From: Octopus sinensis
Taxonomy: Eukaryota
DNA length: 64,000 nt
Direction: 5' to 3'
Assembly (NCBI RefSeq): GCF_006345805.1
Contig: NC_043025.1
Location: 4,030,001 to 4,094,000 of the forward strand
Shown here in pieces: positions 12,463 to 26,826 of the stretch. Position 1 is the first letter of the stretch. Every line of letters starts with the position of its first letter. The notes under the pieces were generated by a model, which ran no database searches, was not told the origin of the DNA, and saw nothing but the letters and a program-made list of their open reading frames with translations. The position numbers and the translations under genes are program-made.

Positions 12463-12500
12463 TCTTTCTGTCAAAGAGCGTAGGCTCGAAACGTAAAAGA
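12463..12500 (+). ncRNA. Degenerate hammerhead fold (same family as 10139)
   Basis: UCUUU-CUGUCAA-A-GAGC guag GCUC-GAAA-C-GUA-AAAGA: helices perfect, core has A6U and G8A. Confidence 0.5.
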
Positions 12501-12594
12501 CTTGTTCTATTTCTATTCCTGAGCGCTATACTAATACATTTGTTTGTTTGTACTCCACCTGCCTTCGTCTTTTGTTTATTTTCGTAAACCTTCC

Positions 12595-12675
12595 CGTTAT
12601 ATATATATATTATATATCATCATCATCATCATCGTTTTATATATATATATATGTATATGTGTATATATATGTATA

Positions 12676-12706
<31 letters not shown>

Positions 12707-12753
12707 TATATATCATCATCATCATCATCGTTTTATATATATATGTATATGTG

Positions 12754-12800
<47 letters not shown>

Positions 12801-12895
12801 TATATATCATCATCATCATCATCGTTTTATATATATATATATGTATATGTGTATATATATATATATATGTGTGTGTGTGTATATATATATATATG
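12595..12895. repeat. Three tandem units of about 100 bp made of (CAT)n/(TA)n/(TG)n
   Basis: ttatatatcatcatcatcatcatcgttttata occurs three times. Confidence 0.85.
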
Positions 12896-15803
12896 AAAAC
12901 ACATACACACACATTAGAACACTAGAGACAGGATTTTGCGATACATTTTATCGGCTATTTACAATGTGAGTTCCTAATCCTACCAAATACACTTGACCCC
13001 TTCCACTTAGCCACCCTTATCTCCTTAAACCTGTTCACCTCTCATCCTCTTCATCGTATCTAAACCCCCATCAAATTGCTCATTTTCCCACTGCAATGAC
13101 CAGTCCTTCTTCCCTGCAAACACCGACCCCCTGCAATCCCCTTCCTCCAGATTCACGAATACACATGTAGACATATAGCTGTGTAGTGAACAGCCTTGCC
13201 TGGCAGCCATGTAGATTTGGGTTCAGGCCCACAGCACAGCACCTTGGGCCAGGGTCTTCTACTATAGCCCCAAGCTGACCAATGCCTTGTGAGGGAATTT
13301 CATAGATGGAAACTGAGAGGAAGCCTGTCACATATATATAAATATATGTCTGTGTATATGGATGTGTGCGCATGTGTGTATACATGTGTGTGTGTGTGTG
13401 TGTGCCCTTGTTTAGTGCATGTGATGCTGTCTGAGTGAATTTGGTAGATGGAAACTGTGTGGAAGCCTGGTGTATGGGAATGTGTGTGTGTATCTGCGCA
13501 TATGTCTGTATGCGTGTGTGTGTTTGTAACTCCCACCACCACCACCACCACCACCTGAACATGACAACCAGTGTTGGTTTGTTTACATTCCTGTAACTCA
13601 GGGGTTCGGCAAGGGAGCAACAGAAGAACCAGAATTTGTTAAAAGAAAAGAAAAAGCCAAAACACAAAAAAAAAAACCGTAAGTTCTGGGGTCAGTTTGT
13701 TTGACTAAAACAACTGCAAGGCATTGCCCCAGCATGGCCACAGATCAACGACCGAAGCTAGTAAAAGACATAAAGGTTTTTAGTGGATGGATACAGCAAT
13801 GGGTTGGGGTGGAGCATTTGGTCCTTCCCCAACCCCAGGGAAATTTCTAAATTTTGTGGGAGTTTTACTCTATCTCTAAATCAGTCCTTGATAGCAATCA
13901 TGACTCTCCACATATGGCCCTCCCTCCTGCTCTCTCATTTTACACACACACACACACACACCAGTAATTCAGATTATTTCAAGTCAGAAATCAAAAGCAG
14001 AAAAAAAAACACAAGGAAAACAAGAAAAATAAATCAGTGCAAAAAAATAAATAAAAAATTGAATGTTATTAAAAAATAAAGAAAAAATAGGAAGAAAAAG
14101 AAAAAAATGTGCAAAGAAAACATTGGTGCCATGCCTTAATGAAAAAATAGGGGTCAGAACAACAGGAGACAATCTCCTCATACATTAGGCCCTTAATGAC
14201 AGATAGGGGCCAAGCTGACGGAAAAGGGGACAATCCCCATATATAATAGTTACATATAAACTCTTAATGAAAGATAGGGGCTGGAGTGACAGGAAAAAGG
14301 ACAACCGCTGCATACATTAGTTATATAAAGGGTCAGGGAGTCAGGAAAGAGGATAATCCCTTATGCATTAGACATTTATAGTCCCTTAATGAAAACAGGG
14401 GCCAAGCTGACAGAAAAAGGGACAACATCCCTTCTACATTATCTAATCCTTTTTCAAATATGGGAGGAGGGTGAGGAGGACAAAGACAATAGTCATTTAA
14501 CCCTAGGTTAGTGCTGATGGAGCAAACACAACCTATGATTGATCAAACAGACTCCAGACATGACCACCCTGCCTTTTGTTGTCTCTTTGACTTTTGTTCT
14601 CTACTTGTTTCAGTCATTGAACTGTGGCCATGCTGGGGCAGCCATTTTGGTTGAACAGATAAATCCTAACACTTATTTAGAAGTTTGCTCCTTATTTTTT
14701 TGATCTCTCTTGCCTAACTGCTAAGTTACATGGACGTAAATGAACCAACACCAATGGTGAGGGGAAGAAATATAAACACACACACAGATGTATGTGTGTG
14801 TGTATTGCCTGTGCTGGATTCTCTTAAGAAAAGCACCCAGGGCACTCTGAGGAGTGGTGGGCATTAAGAAGGGCATCCAGCTATAAGAACCATGCCAACA
14901 CCAATATTAGAACCTAGGGCAGCCCTCTGGATTGTCTGTTCATGTAAAACCATCCAACCCCCATTGCCAGCATCAATATAAAGCACATTAAATGACACAT
15001 GTGTGTGTGGAGGTGCATGGTTTAGTGGATAGGGTGTTGGACTCATGATCGTGAGATTGTGGTTTCAATTCCTGCACTGGGCAATGCATTGTGTTCTTGA
15101 GCAAAACACTTCATTTCATGTTGCAACAGTCCACTCAGCTGGCAGATGTACATACTGCTGCGATGGACTGGAGCTCATCCCTGGAAGAATATATTTGACA
15201 GAGAAACTGGGAAACGAGCCTTAAATTCCTTACAGAGTTATGTGGACTAAACAACCATACACACAGATCAAAGTGTTCAATATTATATATATCCATTACG
15301 GCTGATCTTGCCAATCGGTTTCGCACCAGGTTCAACGGAGTGTTAGATAACAATCTGATTATGTAACCTTGCGCTCACCAGAGGTAACTGTTATGGAATG
15401 AAATATGGCAATATATATATAACCATCCAACCCATACCAGTATAGGAAATGGACATCAAATAATGATTGGTCAGTTCAAAGCTATAGAAGACACTTGCCT
15501 GAGGTGTCACACAATGGGATTGAACCTGGAACCAAGTGGTTGTGAAACAAACCTCTTAACCACACGGCCATGTCTCAGATTGGGGTTGGATTTGAGGAGA
15601 GGGAAGGATGGAAAGGAGAAAGTGTATTGCTGCACCCTCCCCTTCCGTGTACTGTGATGGTGTCAGAGATCAACAAGAGAGGTTCTGCAGATTCAGTGGA
15701 CCTGCTAGAAATAACAGTAAAATTACCCTGAAACCAATCTCTAATGACTTAAATGAACATTATTTACATTTGATGGATATTTGGCCTCTTCTTGTTTGTT
15801 GTT

Positions 15804-15849
15804 AACACAACGTTTCGGCTGATATACCTTCCAGCCTTCATCAGGTGTC
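15804..15849 (-). ncRNA. Minimal type-I hammerhead ribozyme fold (left arm of palindrome)
   Basis: GACAC-CUGAUGA-A-GGCUG gaagguauau CAGCC-GAAA-C-GUU-GUGUU, with palindromic AACGUU stem III. Confidence 0.78.
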
Positions 15850-15890
15850 TTGGGGAAATTTTGAACCTGGGTTGTTCAAAATTTCTCCAA

Positions 15891-15940
15891 GACACCTGAT
15901 GATGGCTGGAGGGTAGGTATATCAGCCGAAACGTTGTGTT
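15891..15940 (+). ncRNA. Minimal type-I hammerhead ribozyme fold (right arm of palindrome)
   Basis: GACAC-CUGAUGA-U-GGCUG gaggguagguauau CAGCC-GAAA-C-GUU-GUGUU. Confidence 0.75.
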
Positions 15941-17077
15941 AACAACAAACAAGATGAGGACAAATATCCGTCTATTGTAAATAATGTAAATATCGTACAT
16001 AATTCCTCATCTCTTAAATATAGAACTGTATGACTTAAATGATGTATAAAAGCACAATAGGTGATGGTCACAGCTGGAACATCTTTCATTACAGGGCTGA
16101 TCAACAATGAAATGGGTGGGGGGGGAGGAAGTGAACACTGACAACAACAAAGTTTATTTTGAGCTGATAACAGAAAGAAGGCCATTGTGAGACTTGTAGA
16201 AATAGCAGCCAAATCTCCCTCAAATCACACCCTACAGTCTTATGTATGAGCTAATTAGAGAGAGACCTCTACATGGTAGTCAGACATGGAAGAAATAGCA
16301 GCCAAATCTCCCTCAAATCACATCCTGATATCTTAGAACTAAGAACACTTGTTAATATAGTCCTGGATAACCTGCATGTAGGTAAAAGGCTGGATAGTCA
16401 TGGCTGGAGTGGTTTTGATTATAGGTCAGCTGGATCATGGCTGAATGACAACAACCATCAGTGGCATACCATCATACCCACCACTTCCCTCATCATCATC
16501 ACCATTACTGTATCCATAGTATATACCCCTTCCCATCACCACTGTCACACACACACACACACAACCAAAGCTATGTGAGTAACCTCTAACTGCTTGTTCA
16601 ATGTGCTAGAAACATCAGCCAAATCTATTCCAAATCTTAAAAATAAAGGACATGTAAGAAAATGTAGTGCAAGTCATGGTTGGAAAGGCCTTTGATTGCA
16701 ATGAATCAGTTAAATAAAGACTCCACAATTGTTCCGCTGTCCCCTTAAGTAACCCCTTTATTTAGCTTTGCATGCTGGAGAAGTGCCCCCTGCCAAATGA
16801 CAGAATCTTTATATGGTTATTTAACATGCTAAAAACAGAAGCCAAATCTCTCCACACAAAAGGAAGGATATACAATAGATTGATTCCACCCACCTTCAGG
16901 TAAGTCTGTGTGCTTGATCAGGGCTAGCCTGGAGTTAAACAATGAGGACACATTAAATGATGGAGTCCAAGATACACCATGTCTCAATAAAAAATAGCCC
17001 GGTCGTCTTTGATCTGCTGAATATGGACTGCCTGATCAAGAATGACCCTGGGCTAAACAACAACAGCAATGATGCAA

Positions 17078-17680
17078 GACACATTAGATAATTGTAGTCC
17101 TAGATACACTATGCTTGAATTAAAGATAGGATGATCACCACTGGAATATCTTTGATCATAGGTCTACTGGATCAGGACTGACCTAGGGCTAAACAACAAG
17201 GACACATTAGATAATTGTAGTCCTAGATACACTATGCCAGAATAAAAGACGGGATGGTCACAGGTGGAACATCTTTGATCTTAGGTCTACTGGATCAGGA
17301 TTGACCTAGGGCTAAAAAACAAGGACACATTTGATAATGTAGTCCTAAATACACTATGCCAGAATGAAAGGCAGGATGGTCACCACTGGAACATCTTTGA
17401 TCATAGGTTTGCTGGATCAGGACTGACCTAGGGCTAAACAACAATGACAAAGGACACATTTGATAATGTAGTCCTAGATACACTATGCCAGAATAAAAGA
17501 CAGGATGGTCACAGCCGGAACATCTTTGATCATAGGTCTACTGGATCAGGACTGACCTGGGGCCAAACAACGACACATTAGATAATTGTAGTCCTAGATA
17601 CACTATGCCAGAATAAAAATTAGGTTGGTCATCTTTGATCATAGGTCTACTGGATCAGGACTGACCTAGGGCCAAACAAT
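17078..17680. repeat. Minisatellite of about 120 bp, 5 units; related diverged units at 16948-17070 and 19790-20155
   Basis: Units start at 17078, 17201, 17324, 17453 and 17572 (gacacattagataattgtagtcc...). Confidence 0.9.
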
Positions 17681-18445
17681 GTCTATTGCGTGCTGTTGTT
17701 GTTTAGCCCAAGGCTGATCAAGGCTGATCCAGCAACAACCATCCTGCCACGGGGCATAGCATATTATCCAATACTTTCATTCTTATCCTAAGACAGTAAG
17801 GTGTAATTTGAGGGAGGTCTGGCTGCTATTTCTAGCAAGTCAAATACACCGCTAAAGAGGCCCTTATTGCTGTTGCCATTTTCTTCCTGTCATAGTGCAT
17901 CAAGGACTACGCAATTCAATGCGCCTGCACCACCCCTTTCCTTTTAATATGGCAGAGTGTGATATAAGGGAGATTTGGCTGCTGTTTCTAGCAGACTGAA
18001 CAACCATCACATTGACTTCCACAACACGAAGACAGGTTGTGAGGGAGGGGGGGGCAGGGATGGAGGCGTAGGAAACAGGGGAGAAAAAGGATAAGAAACA
18101 AGTGCAGGGATATGGGTGTACAGGGGTGTGCAACACAGCTTACACATGCACAGACAAACATACAGGCATATATATATATATATATATGCATGTATGCTTG
18201 TATGTATGTATATGTACGTTTATGTATGTGTGTGTATATATATATATAAATACATATGACTACCTAAATAGGATTCTGTGTGCATGCATGTACAGGTGTG
18301 TGACTACACGTGTGTGTGTGTGTGTGTGTGAATGCATGTAGGCAAGGTACAAATGAATATGACTAGAAGTATTGTATATATTTTTCTCACATACATATAT
18401 ATATATATACATATATACACACATACACATAAACAGACACATATA

Positions 18446-18509
<64 letters not shown>

Positions 18510-20280
18510 TATGCACACAAACACACACACAAAATATATATGTATATATGTGTATGTATACGTGTGTGTGGGAACACAGATATGTGTCTATGGCTTGAAG
18601 CTGCCATAAACTTAGCCATGCACTCCGACACCAACAAAGGGCATTTTAACCCAAAATATCAGGTTTTCAAACGTTATAAGGGATGAGTTTACTCTTTATA
18701 GTTATTTAATATTTTCACAACTGAAAAGCTCTGGCTTTCTCAACCATTCTTTGTATATGTGTACGTGTGTGTAAGTATATATGTGTGTGTACATGCAAGT
18801 GCATATTTATATATAATATTATTTGAGGATGTGTATAAGTGAACGACAACATGTGTGTGCGTGCATGTGCAAGAGTGAATATATTTATGTGAGTGAGTGC
18901 ATATATGCGTGTGCACGTGCACACACACAAGTGAATACACACACAAATATATGAGTGGGTGTAGTGTGTGTGTGTAAGTGCACATATACAACTTTATGTG
19001 AGGGTGTGTATGAATGTATGACAATATATATATATGTGTGTGTGTGTTTGAGTGCTCAGTTAACCGTGACATATATATATATATATAGAGAGAGAGACTA
19101 ACTTACTGCTAAACGTCTCCATCTCAGGCTTCTCAATTCACGCTCAAGTTTTCTCCTAAGAAAAAGAAAAACAAACATAAGGCAGCAATATTTTGGCAGT
19201 ACCCCCATCTCACAGTACCCCCTTCTCACTGAACCCCCACTTCATACCACCATATCTCACAGCATTCCCATCTCTCCATACCCCGTTCTGACAACATCAT
19301 CATCTCAAATTACCCACCCCCTCTCAGCACCCCCTATTTGAAAATTCAGTATGCTGTGAGCCAATTCTAACACCTGACTCCCCCTTAACCACTAAAATCA
19401 CCACTGACTTGACTCTTGTGACTCATCAACTCGAGTCTTGACAATATAAGTGTTAGTGAACCATATTGTGACTCACAAAACTACCACCTTCTCCCCTCGA
19501 CCATGACTCCAGCACACTCATCATGACTCCAACACCTTATTGTGATTCCAACAACCTATTAAGTGACTCTCCAAACAACCACTAAATTCATGACATTCTT
19601 GGTTAATTAACAACATTACTAATTAGCAAGTGCCTTATTACTAACTTTAACATGACACACAAGAAGTTGACATGACTCATTAGTGTTAAGAACTAATGAG
19701 TCAGTGAAGAAGCCTCTACATGGAAAGTTAATCAGCTAGAAATAGCAGCCAAATCTCCATTAAATAACACCTCATGGTTTAGAAATTGGTTGGATACACT
19801 GGGATGTAAGCTTAGATACACCAAGGCAAGATGGTCAATGTTGGTGTGTCTCTGATCACAGTTCTGCTAGAACAGAACTGACCTAGGGCTAAACAACAAG
19901 AGGACACATTCAATAATGTAGCCGTAGATACATTATGTCTGAATAAAAGACAGGATGGTCACAACTGGAATGTCTATGACCACAGGTCTCCTGAAGCAAG
20001 ACTAACCAGTGGTTAAACAAGGAAGCATTATGTAGTCCTTAGATGCATTATGTCTGAATAAAAGACAGGATGGTCACAACTGGAATGTCTATGATCATAG
20101 ATCTGCTGGAACCCCTTTAAATATAGTCCTGGGAGTCAGGGCTGAACTGGGGCTAAAACAATAACAATAAAGATAACAAAAACAACGCAAGCATCAAAAA
20201 TCAGTAACTTTTTTTAGCGTGACCACCCACCCTCAATTTGGACGGACTCTTTTTGACAATTGTATATTACATAATATAAG

Positions 20281-20650
20281 TGTGGCTGTGTGGTAAGAAG
20301 CTTGCTTCCCAACCAAATGGTTCTGGGTTCAGTCCCACTGTATGGCACCTTGGGCAAGTTTATTTTTTCTACTAGAGCCTTGGGCCAACCAAAGACTCAT
20401 GAGTGGATTTCACAGATGGAAACTGAAAGAAGCCCTTCGTGTGTGTGTGTGTGCTTGTCCCCCATCACCGCTTGACAACCAGTGTTGGTGTGTTTATGTC
20501 CTTATAACTTAGCATTTTGGTAAAAGGGACAGAATAAGTACCAGGTTTAACAAAAGGAAAAGAACTGGGGTCAATACATTCAACTAAAGATTCTTCAAAG
20601 TGGTGCTCCAGCATGGTCACAGTCTAATAAGTGAAACAAGTAAAAAGCTA
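20281..20650 (+). mobile_element. SINE family 1 (diverged)
   Basis: Family 1 head and tail. Confidence 0.8.
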
Positions 20651-21425
20651 GGAAAAAAAAAAGAAAAGCGATATATCATAAACAATTAAAAGTCAGGAGG
20701 TATGTGAGGTGGATATATTCAATCACTTGTCATCCTTAAGTTTACAGCTGTTTCGCAACCTTCATCATGTAATAATAATTTCAGCATATAATAAATTGTT
20801 TACACATCTGCAACACATTAGACAAGATAACTGTGTATTTACAAATTAGTCCTGGCTTTCATTATCTGCACAGATTGTTCAATGTGTAGCATGCATATTA
20901 GTGAAAACATCGTTTATTATACACTGAAATATTATTACACGATGAAGGCTGTGAAACAGCTGTAATCCTAACAATGACAAATAATTACATACATATATTC
21001 ACCTCTCATACTTCTTGACTTTTTTATAGTTCATGTAATTGATCAAATCTTCTGGATGTCAGCTGCATGGAACTCTGCATTATATTTGTTTGTATGGGAT
21101 TTGTGTTGTCTGATAGCCAGGTTCACAAGAAGAGCTTTCTGTGAAAGCCATGTCATTCTAGGAATCAATATATTGCACTAAAAATATAATATGTAATATA
21201 TGTTACACACTACTTATTTTCAATCTTTTACTTGTTTTAATCATTTGACTGTGGCCATGCTGGAGCATCTCGAAAGGGAGAGGAATAGATCAATGCCAAC
21301 ACTTATTTTTTTTTAAAGTTTCATTCTTATTCTATTGGTTTCTTGCATGGAACTGCTGCCAAGGTATGGTGGCAGTGATAGGGTGCCAACACAAATACAA
21401 AGACATACACACACACATATGTATA

Positions 21426-21757
21426 TATTGGGTTGGCCAAAATGTCTGCTCAGTTTTTAAGAGAAAATAAGACACAAGTTTCAAGGGCAAAGTGATTTAT
21501 TCGGCCAATGGTATAATTGCCGTGCAGTTCCAGTATCTTCTGCCATCTTCATTATTCCTTGCCCAAAGAATTTTCCTGTCTTTACTGTCGAAAATACTCT
21601 TCCAGGTGAATGTTTACATCGTCTTCGGAGTTGAAGGTCAGTCAATGAATTTTGAAGAGAGTGAAACAGGTGGAAACCTGAAGGTGCAAGGTCAGGTGGC
21701 TATGGAGGGTAGGGCTGAATTTCGCAGCAAACCCCAGGAATTTCTGCTGCATGTTAA
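21426..21757 (-). mobile_element. Mariner transposon 3' remnant
   Basis: Degenerate PYxPDLAPSxFHLFHSLQNSL motif; terminal tattgggttggccaaaa resembles a mariner TIR; interrupted by CR1 copy A. Confidence 0.75.
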
Positions 21758-21761
21758 TTAG

Positions 21762-22165
21762 TTAGGCTGAAGATGCTCGACCGTTATTCTCTAGAGAAAC
21801 GACGACGCCGTGGTGATCTCATTCTTGCTCACAACATCATAAGCGGAAAATGTAACCTCTCGAAAGAGCTGTTCTTCATTCCTGCTCCAGTGCATTGGCT
21901 GTGGGGTCACTCTGAAAAGCTCTATCTGCGACGATTTCATCTCAATTGAAGGAAAGGGGCTTTCTCTGTCCGGGTTGCGGATCCGTGGAATAAGCTGCCG
22001 GAAGAGATAGTGAAGATGCCGACGACCGCTCGGTTCAAAGTCTCTCTTGACCACAAGTGGCCTGAACTCTTTGCATGAACACCACCCTATACATAACTCC
22101 ATGTCCCCCTACATGGCCTTGCTCTTTGCTTTCTGAGCCAAAAAATTAACTAACTAACTAACTAA
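21762..22165 (+). mobile_element. CR1-type LINE 3' end, copy A
   Basis: LEKRRRRGDLI...FSVRVADPWNKLP, then a (TAAC)n tail. Confidence 0.88.
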
Positions 22166-24761
22166 AAGCTTGTAACAGACAACACCCTTCCAACCCCATC
22201 AGCTGAAAGCTTAACCTTCTTCAGTGAACTCCTGCTTAAGAGGTTGTTTGTGGTGGTTCTTCACACTTCTTTGATGATAGTTTGCGATTCACATTTTTAT
22301 AGACAATTTCCATTGTTCATTCCCTGTCACCATTCTCTACGGAAAAAGGATTGTTTCCTTACCATTTTTGCAACAAACTGCAAATGGAAAACCACTGGTT
22401 GAGTTTAGCTCCATTCAAATGCTCTGGAACAGAAACATTGCACCTGCTGACATAACCAATTGGAAGACATTGGAGATTTGGAGAATGTCTGCGATTATCC
22501 TGGTTGTAGAACACGGATTGGTCTTGACTTGCTCCTTCATTTTGTTGTTGCTAATCTCAGTTGGATTTCAGAGTGAGGTGCATTTTGAACCAGAAACTTA
22601 CCCAATCAAATTCTTTAAACACCATTTCTGGCACACACATCATCATCATCATCGTTTAGCGTCCGCCTTCCATGCTGGCATGGGTTGGACGGTTCAACTG
22701 GGGTCTGGGAAGCCAGAAGGCTGCACCGGGCCCAGTCTGATCTGGCAATGTTTCCATGGCTGGATGCCCTTCCTAACGCCAACCACTCCGTGAGTGTAGT
22801 GGGTGCTTTTTACGTGCCAGACGAGGCTGGCAAACGGCCACGATCGGATGGTGCTTTTTACGTGCCACCGGCACACACAGCACAAATCTTCCTGCAGGTT
22901 TCTGCTATCTTCTTGCCATTTTTTAAAATAAAAAAAGCATGAGGTATCAATAATATTTGTTTTGGTTCTCCATTTTCAGGCTGACCCCAAGCACACAAAA
23001 TACCTATCTTGTCGGATGTTCGTGTTGGACTACATTGAAATGTCAAGTAACCAAAGCATGTGGATAGGACAGACAGAAGTTGGCCACTGAGCAGAGCGTT
23101 TCAAGTTTAGTATCAACAAAAAATGAACAGACTTTTTAGCCAACCCTACACACACACACATACATGATAGACTTCCATACAGTTTTCGCTCACAACATCA
23201 TAAGCGGAAAGTGTAACCTCTCGAAAGAGCTGTTCTTCACTCCTGCTCCAGAGCGTTGGGTGCGGGGTCACTCCGAAAAGCTCTATCTGCGACGATTTCA
23301 TCTCAATCGAAGGAGAGGGGCTTTCTCCGTCCGGGTTGCAGATCCGTGGAATAAGCTGCCGGACAAGATAGTGAAGATGCCGACAACCGCTCGGTTCAAA
23401 GTCTCTCTTGACCACAAGTGGCCTGAACTCTTTGCATGAACACCACCCTATACATAACTCCATGTCCCCCTACATGGCCTTGCTCTTTGCTTTCTGAGCC
23501 AAAAAATTAACTAACTAACTAACTAAAAGCTTGTAACAGACAACACCCTTCCAACCCCATCAGCTGAAAGCTTAACCTTCTTCAGTGAACTCCTGCTTAA
23601 GAGGTTGTTTGTGGTGGTTCTTCACACTTCTTTGATGATAGTTTGCGATTCACATTTTTATAGACAATTTCCATTGTTCATTCCCTGTCACCATTCTCTA
23701 CGGAAAAAGGATTGTTTCCTTACCATTTTTGCAACAAACTGCAAATGGAAAACCACTGGTTGAGTTTAGCTCCATTCAAATGCTCTGGAACAGAAACATT
23801 GCACCTGCTGACATAACCAATTGGAAGACATTGGAGATTTGGAGAATGTCTGCGATTATCCTGGTTGTAGAACACGGATTGGTCTTGACTTGCTCCTTCA
23901 TTTTGTTGTTGCTAATCTCAGTTGGATTTCAGAGTGAGGTGCATTTTGAACCAGAAACTTACCCAATCAAATTCTTTAAACACCATTTCTGGCACACACA
24001 TCATCATCATCATCGTTTAGCGTCCGCCTTCCATGCTGGCATGGGTTGGACGGTTCAACTGGGGTCTGGGAAGCCAGAAGGCTGCACCGGGCCCAGTCTG
24101 ATCTGGCAATGTTTCCATGGCTGGATGCCCTTCCTAACGCCAACCACTCCGTGAGTGTAGTGGGTGCTTTTTACGTGCCACCGGCACAGGTGCCAGGCGA
24201 GGCTGGCAAACGGCCACGATCGGATGGTGCTTTTTACGTGCCACCGGCACACACAGCACAAATCTTCCTGCAGGTTTCTGCTATCGTCTTGCCATTTTTT
24301 AAAATAAAAAAAGCATGAGGTATCAATAATATTTGTTTTGGTTCTCCATTTTCAGGCTGACCCCAAGCACACAAAATACCTATCTTGTCGGATGTTCGTG
24401 TTGGACTACATTGAAATGTCAAGTAACCAAAGCATGTGGATAGGACAGACAGAAGTTGGCCACTGAGCAGAGCGTTTCAAGTTTAGTATCAACAAAAAAT
24501 GAACAGACTTTTTAGCCAACCCTACACACACACACATACATGATAGACTTCCATACAGTTTTCGCTCACAACATCATAAGCGGAAAGTGTAACCTCTCGA
24601 AAGAGCTGTTCTTCACTCCTGCTCCAGAGCGTTGGGTGCGGGGTCACTCCGAAAAGCTCTATCTGCGACGATTTCATCTCAATCGAAGGAGAGGGGCTTT
24701 CTCCGTCCGGGTTGCAGATCCGTGGAATAAGCTGCCGGACAAGATAGTGAAGATGCCGACA
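22025..24761 (+). repeat. Tandem segmental duplication (units of 1361 and 1376 bp)
   Basis: Identical ORF-track peptides at offset 1361. The units differ by a 15-bp indel in the SINE and about 2 substitutions. Confidence 0.95.
23186..23526 (+). mobile_element. CR1-type LINE 3' end, chimeric copy B
   Basis: Same family; its 5' part equals copy C and its 3' part equals copy A. Confidence 0.88.
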
Positions 24762-24890
24762 ACCGCTCGGTTCAAAGTCTCTCTTGACCAGAAATGGCCT
24801 GAACTCTTTGCATGAACACCCTCCCTGTACATAACTCCCTGTCCCCCTACTTGCTTTTTGCTTTTTGAGCCAAAAAATTAACTTAACTAT
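24562..24890 (+). mobile_element. CR1-type LINE 3' end, copy C
   Basis: AHNIISGKCNLSKELFF...WNKLPDKIV...KWPELFA*. Confidence 0.88.
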
Positions 24891-25302
24891 GTGTCAACCC
24901 AGGTCTATAGTAGGAGACATTTACCCAAGGTACTGCAGAGTGGCACTGAATGTGGAACCACATGGTTGTAAAGTGAGATATATTTATGCACTTATGAAAA
25001 AAGAACCCCCACATACACAAAAAACAAAACAAATGTCTGAATGCCGATGGAGATGGGACAACGATACGATGGAGGGGAAGAAGTGGAAACAAAGACAGAC
25101 GGAGGAAAACACGAAGAGAGGTTGCATCCACTGTTGATTGGCTGTCATTGGTTTGTGTTGAGGTGTTGAAGGCATGGAAGACTCACAGGTAATGGATAGG
25201 AGGAGGAGGAGGAGGATAACAGAAATACAGAAAGGTAAAAAAGGAAATGGACGAATGCAAGAGAAAAATGTGGTATGCATGTGTGTGTGTATATATATGT
25301 GT

Positions 25303-25810
<508 letters not shown>

Positions 25811-25841
25811 CACACACACATATACATATATATATATATAT

Positions 25842-25874
<33 letters not shown>

Positions 25875-26400
25875 AACACGCATGCAAATATATTTATCTA
25901 TCTATACACATATACATACACACACACATATATACAGAAACATACATGAACACACACACATAAATATATATATATTACTCCTTCTTTCAGTCATCTGACT
26001 ACGGCCAAGCTGGAGCACCACATTTAGTTGAAGAAATCGACCCCAGGACTTATTCTTTGTAAGCCTAGTACTTATTCTATCGGTCTCTTTTGCTGAACCG
26101 CTAAGTGACGGGGACGTAAACACACCAGTATCAGTTGTCAAGTGATTGCGGTGGGGACAAATGCAGACTCACAAACACACACACATACATATATATATAT
26201 ATAAAAAGCACCATCCGATCGTAGCCTTTGCCAGCCTCGTCTGGCACGTAAAAAGCACCCACTATAATCATGGAGTGGTTGGTGTTAGGAAGGGCATCCA
26301 GTTGTAGAAACAGCCAAAGAAAAGTAGCCTAGGAAGTGGGGGAGGGGGCAAAGTCACAATGTAAAAACATGGGAAATGGATATAAAATGATGACTATATA

Positions 26401-26826
26401 GGCGCAGGAGTGGCTGTGTGGTAAGTAGCTTGCTTACCAACCACATGGTTCCGGGTTCAGTCCCACTGCATGGCACCTTGGGCAAGTGTCTTCTGCTATA
26501 GCCCCGGGCCGACCAATGCCTTGTGAGTGGATTTGGTAGACGGAAACTGAAAGAAGCCCGTCGTATATATGTATATATATATATATGTGTGTATTTGTGT
26601 GTGTGCATGTTTGTGTGTCTGTTTGTCCCCCTAGCATTGCTTGACAACCGATGCTGGTGTGTTTATGTCCCCGTTACTTAGCGGTTCGGCAAAAAGATAC
26701 TGATAGAATAAGTACTGGGCTTACAAAAAGAATAAGTCCCGGGGTCGAGTTGCTCGATTAAAGATGGTGCTCCAGCATGGCCGCAGTCAAATGACTGAAA
26801 CAAGTAAAAGAGTAAAAGAGTAAAGG
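26401..26826 (+). mobile_element. Full-length Octopus-type tRNA-derived SINE, family 1 (head ggcgcaggagtggctgtgtggtaag, internal (TA/TG)n, (GTAAAAGA)n tail)
   Basis: tRNA-like head with B-box ggttcagtccc, central ccttgggcaagtgtcttct domain; many near-identical copies in the window. Confidence 0.9.

Larger units (their letters stand above)
15756..15987. mobile_element. Fold-back (palindromic) Penelope-like remnant with an HHR in each arm
   Basis: Arms of about 105 bp are reverse complements around a spacer near 15865-15875. Confidence 0.6.

Noticed and set aside
17078-17680. Regular repeat array that superficially resembles CRISPR
   Set aside because: Whole units repeat with no unique spacers; eukaryotic intron with no cas genes.
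22368-24154. Duplicated 141-aa ORFs
   Set aside because: No recognisable domain, and half of each is SINE sequence; identity reflects the DNA duplication.
26401-26480. tRNA-like sequences at SINE heads (also 25740-25810 and 60668-60740)
   Set aside because: They continue into SINE bodies and lack a proper cloverleaf and terminator, so they are not tRNA genes.
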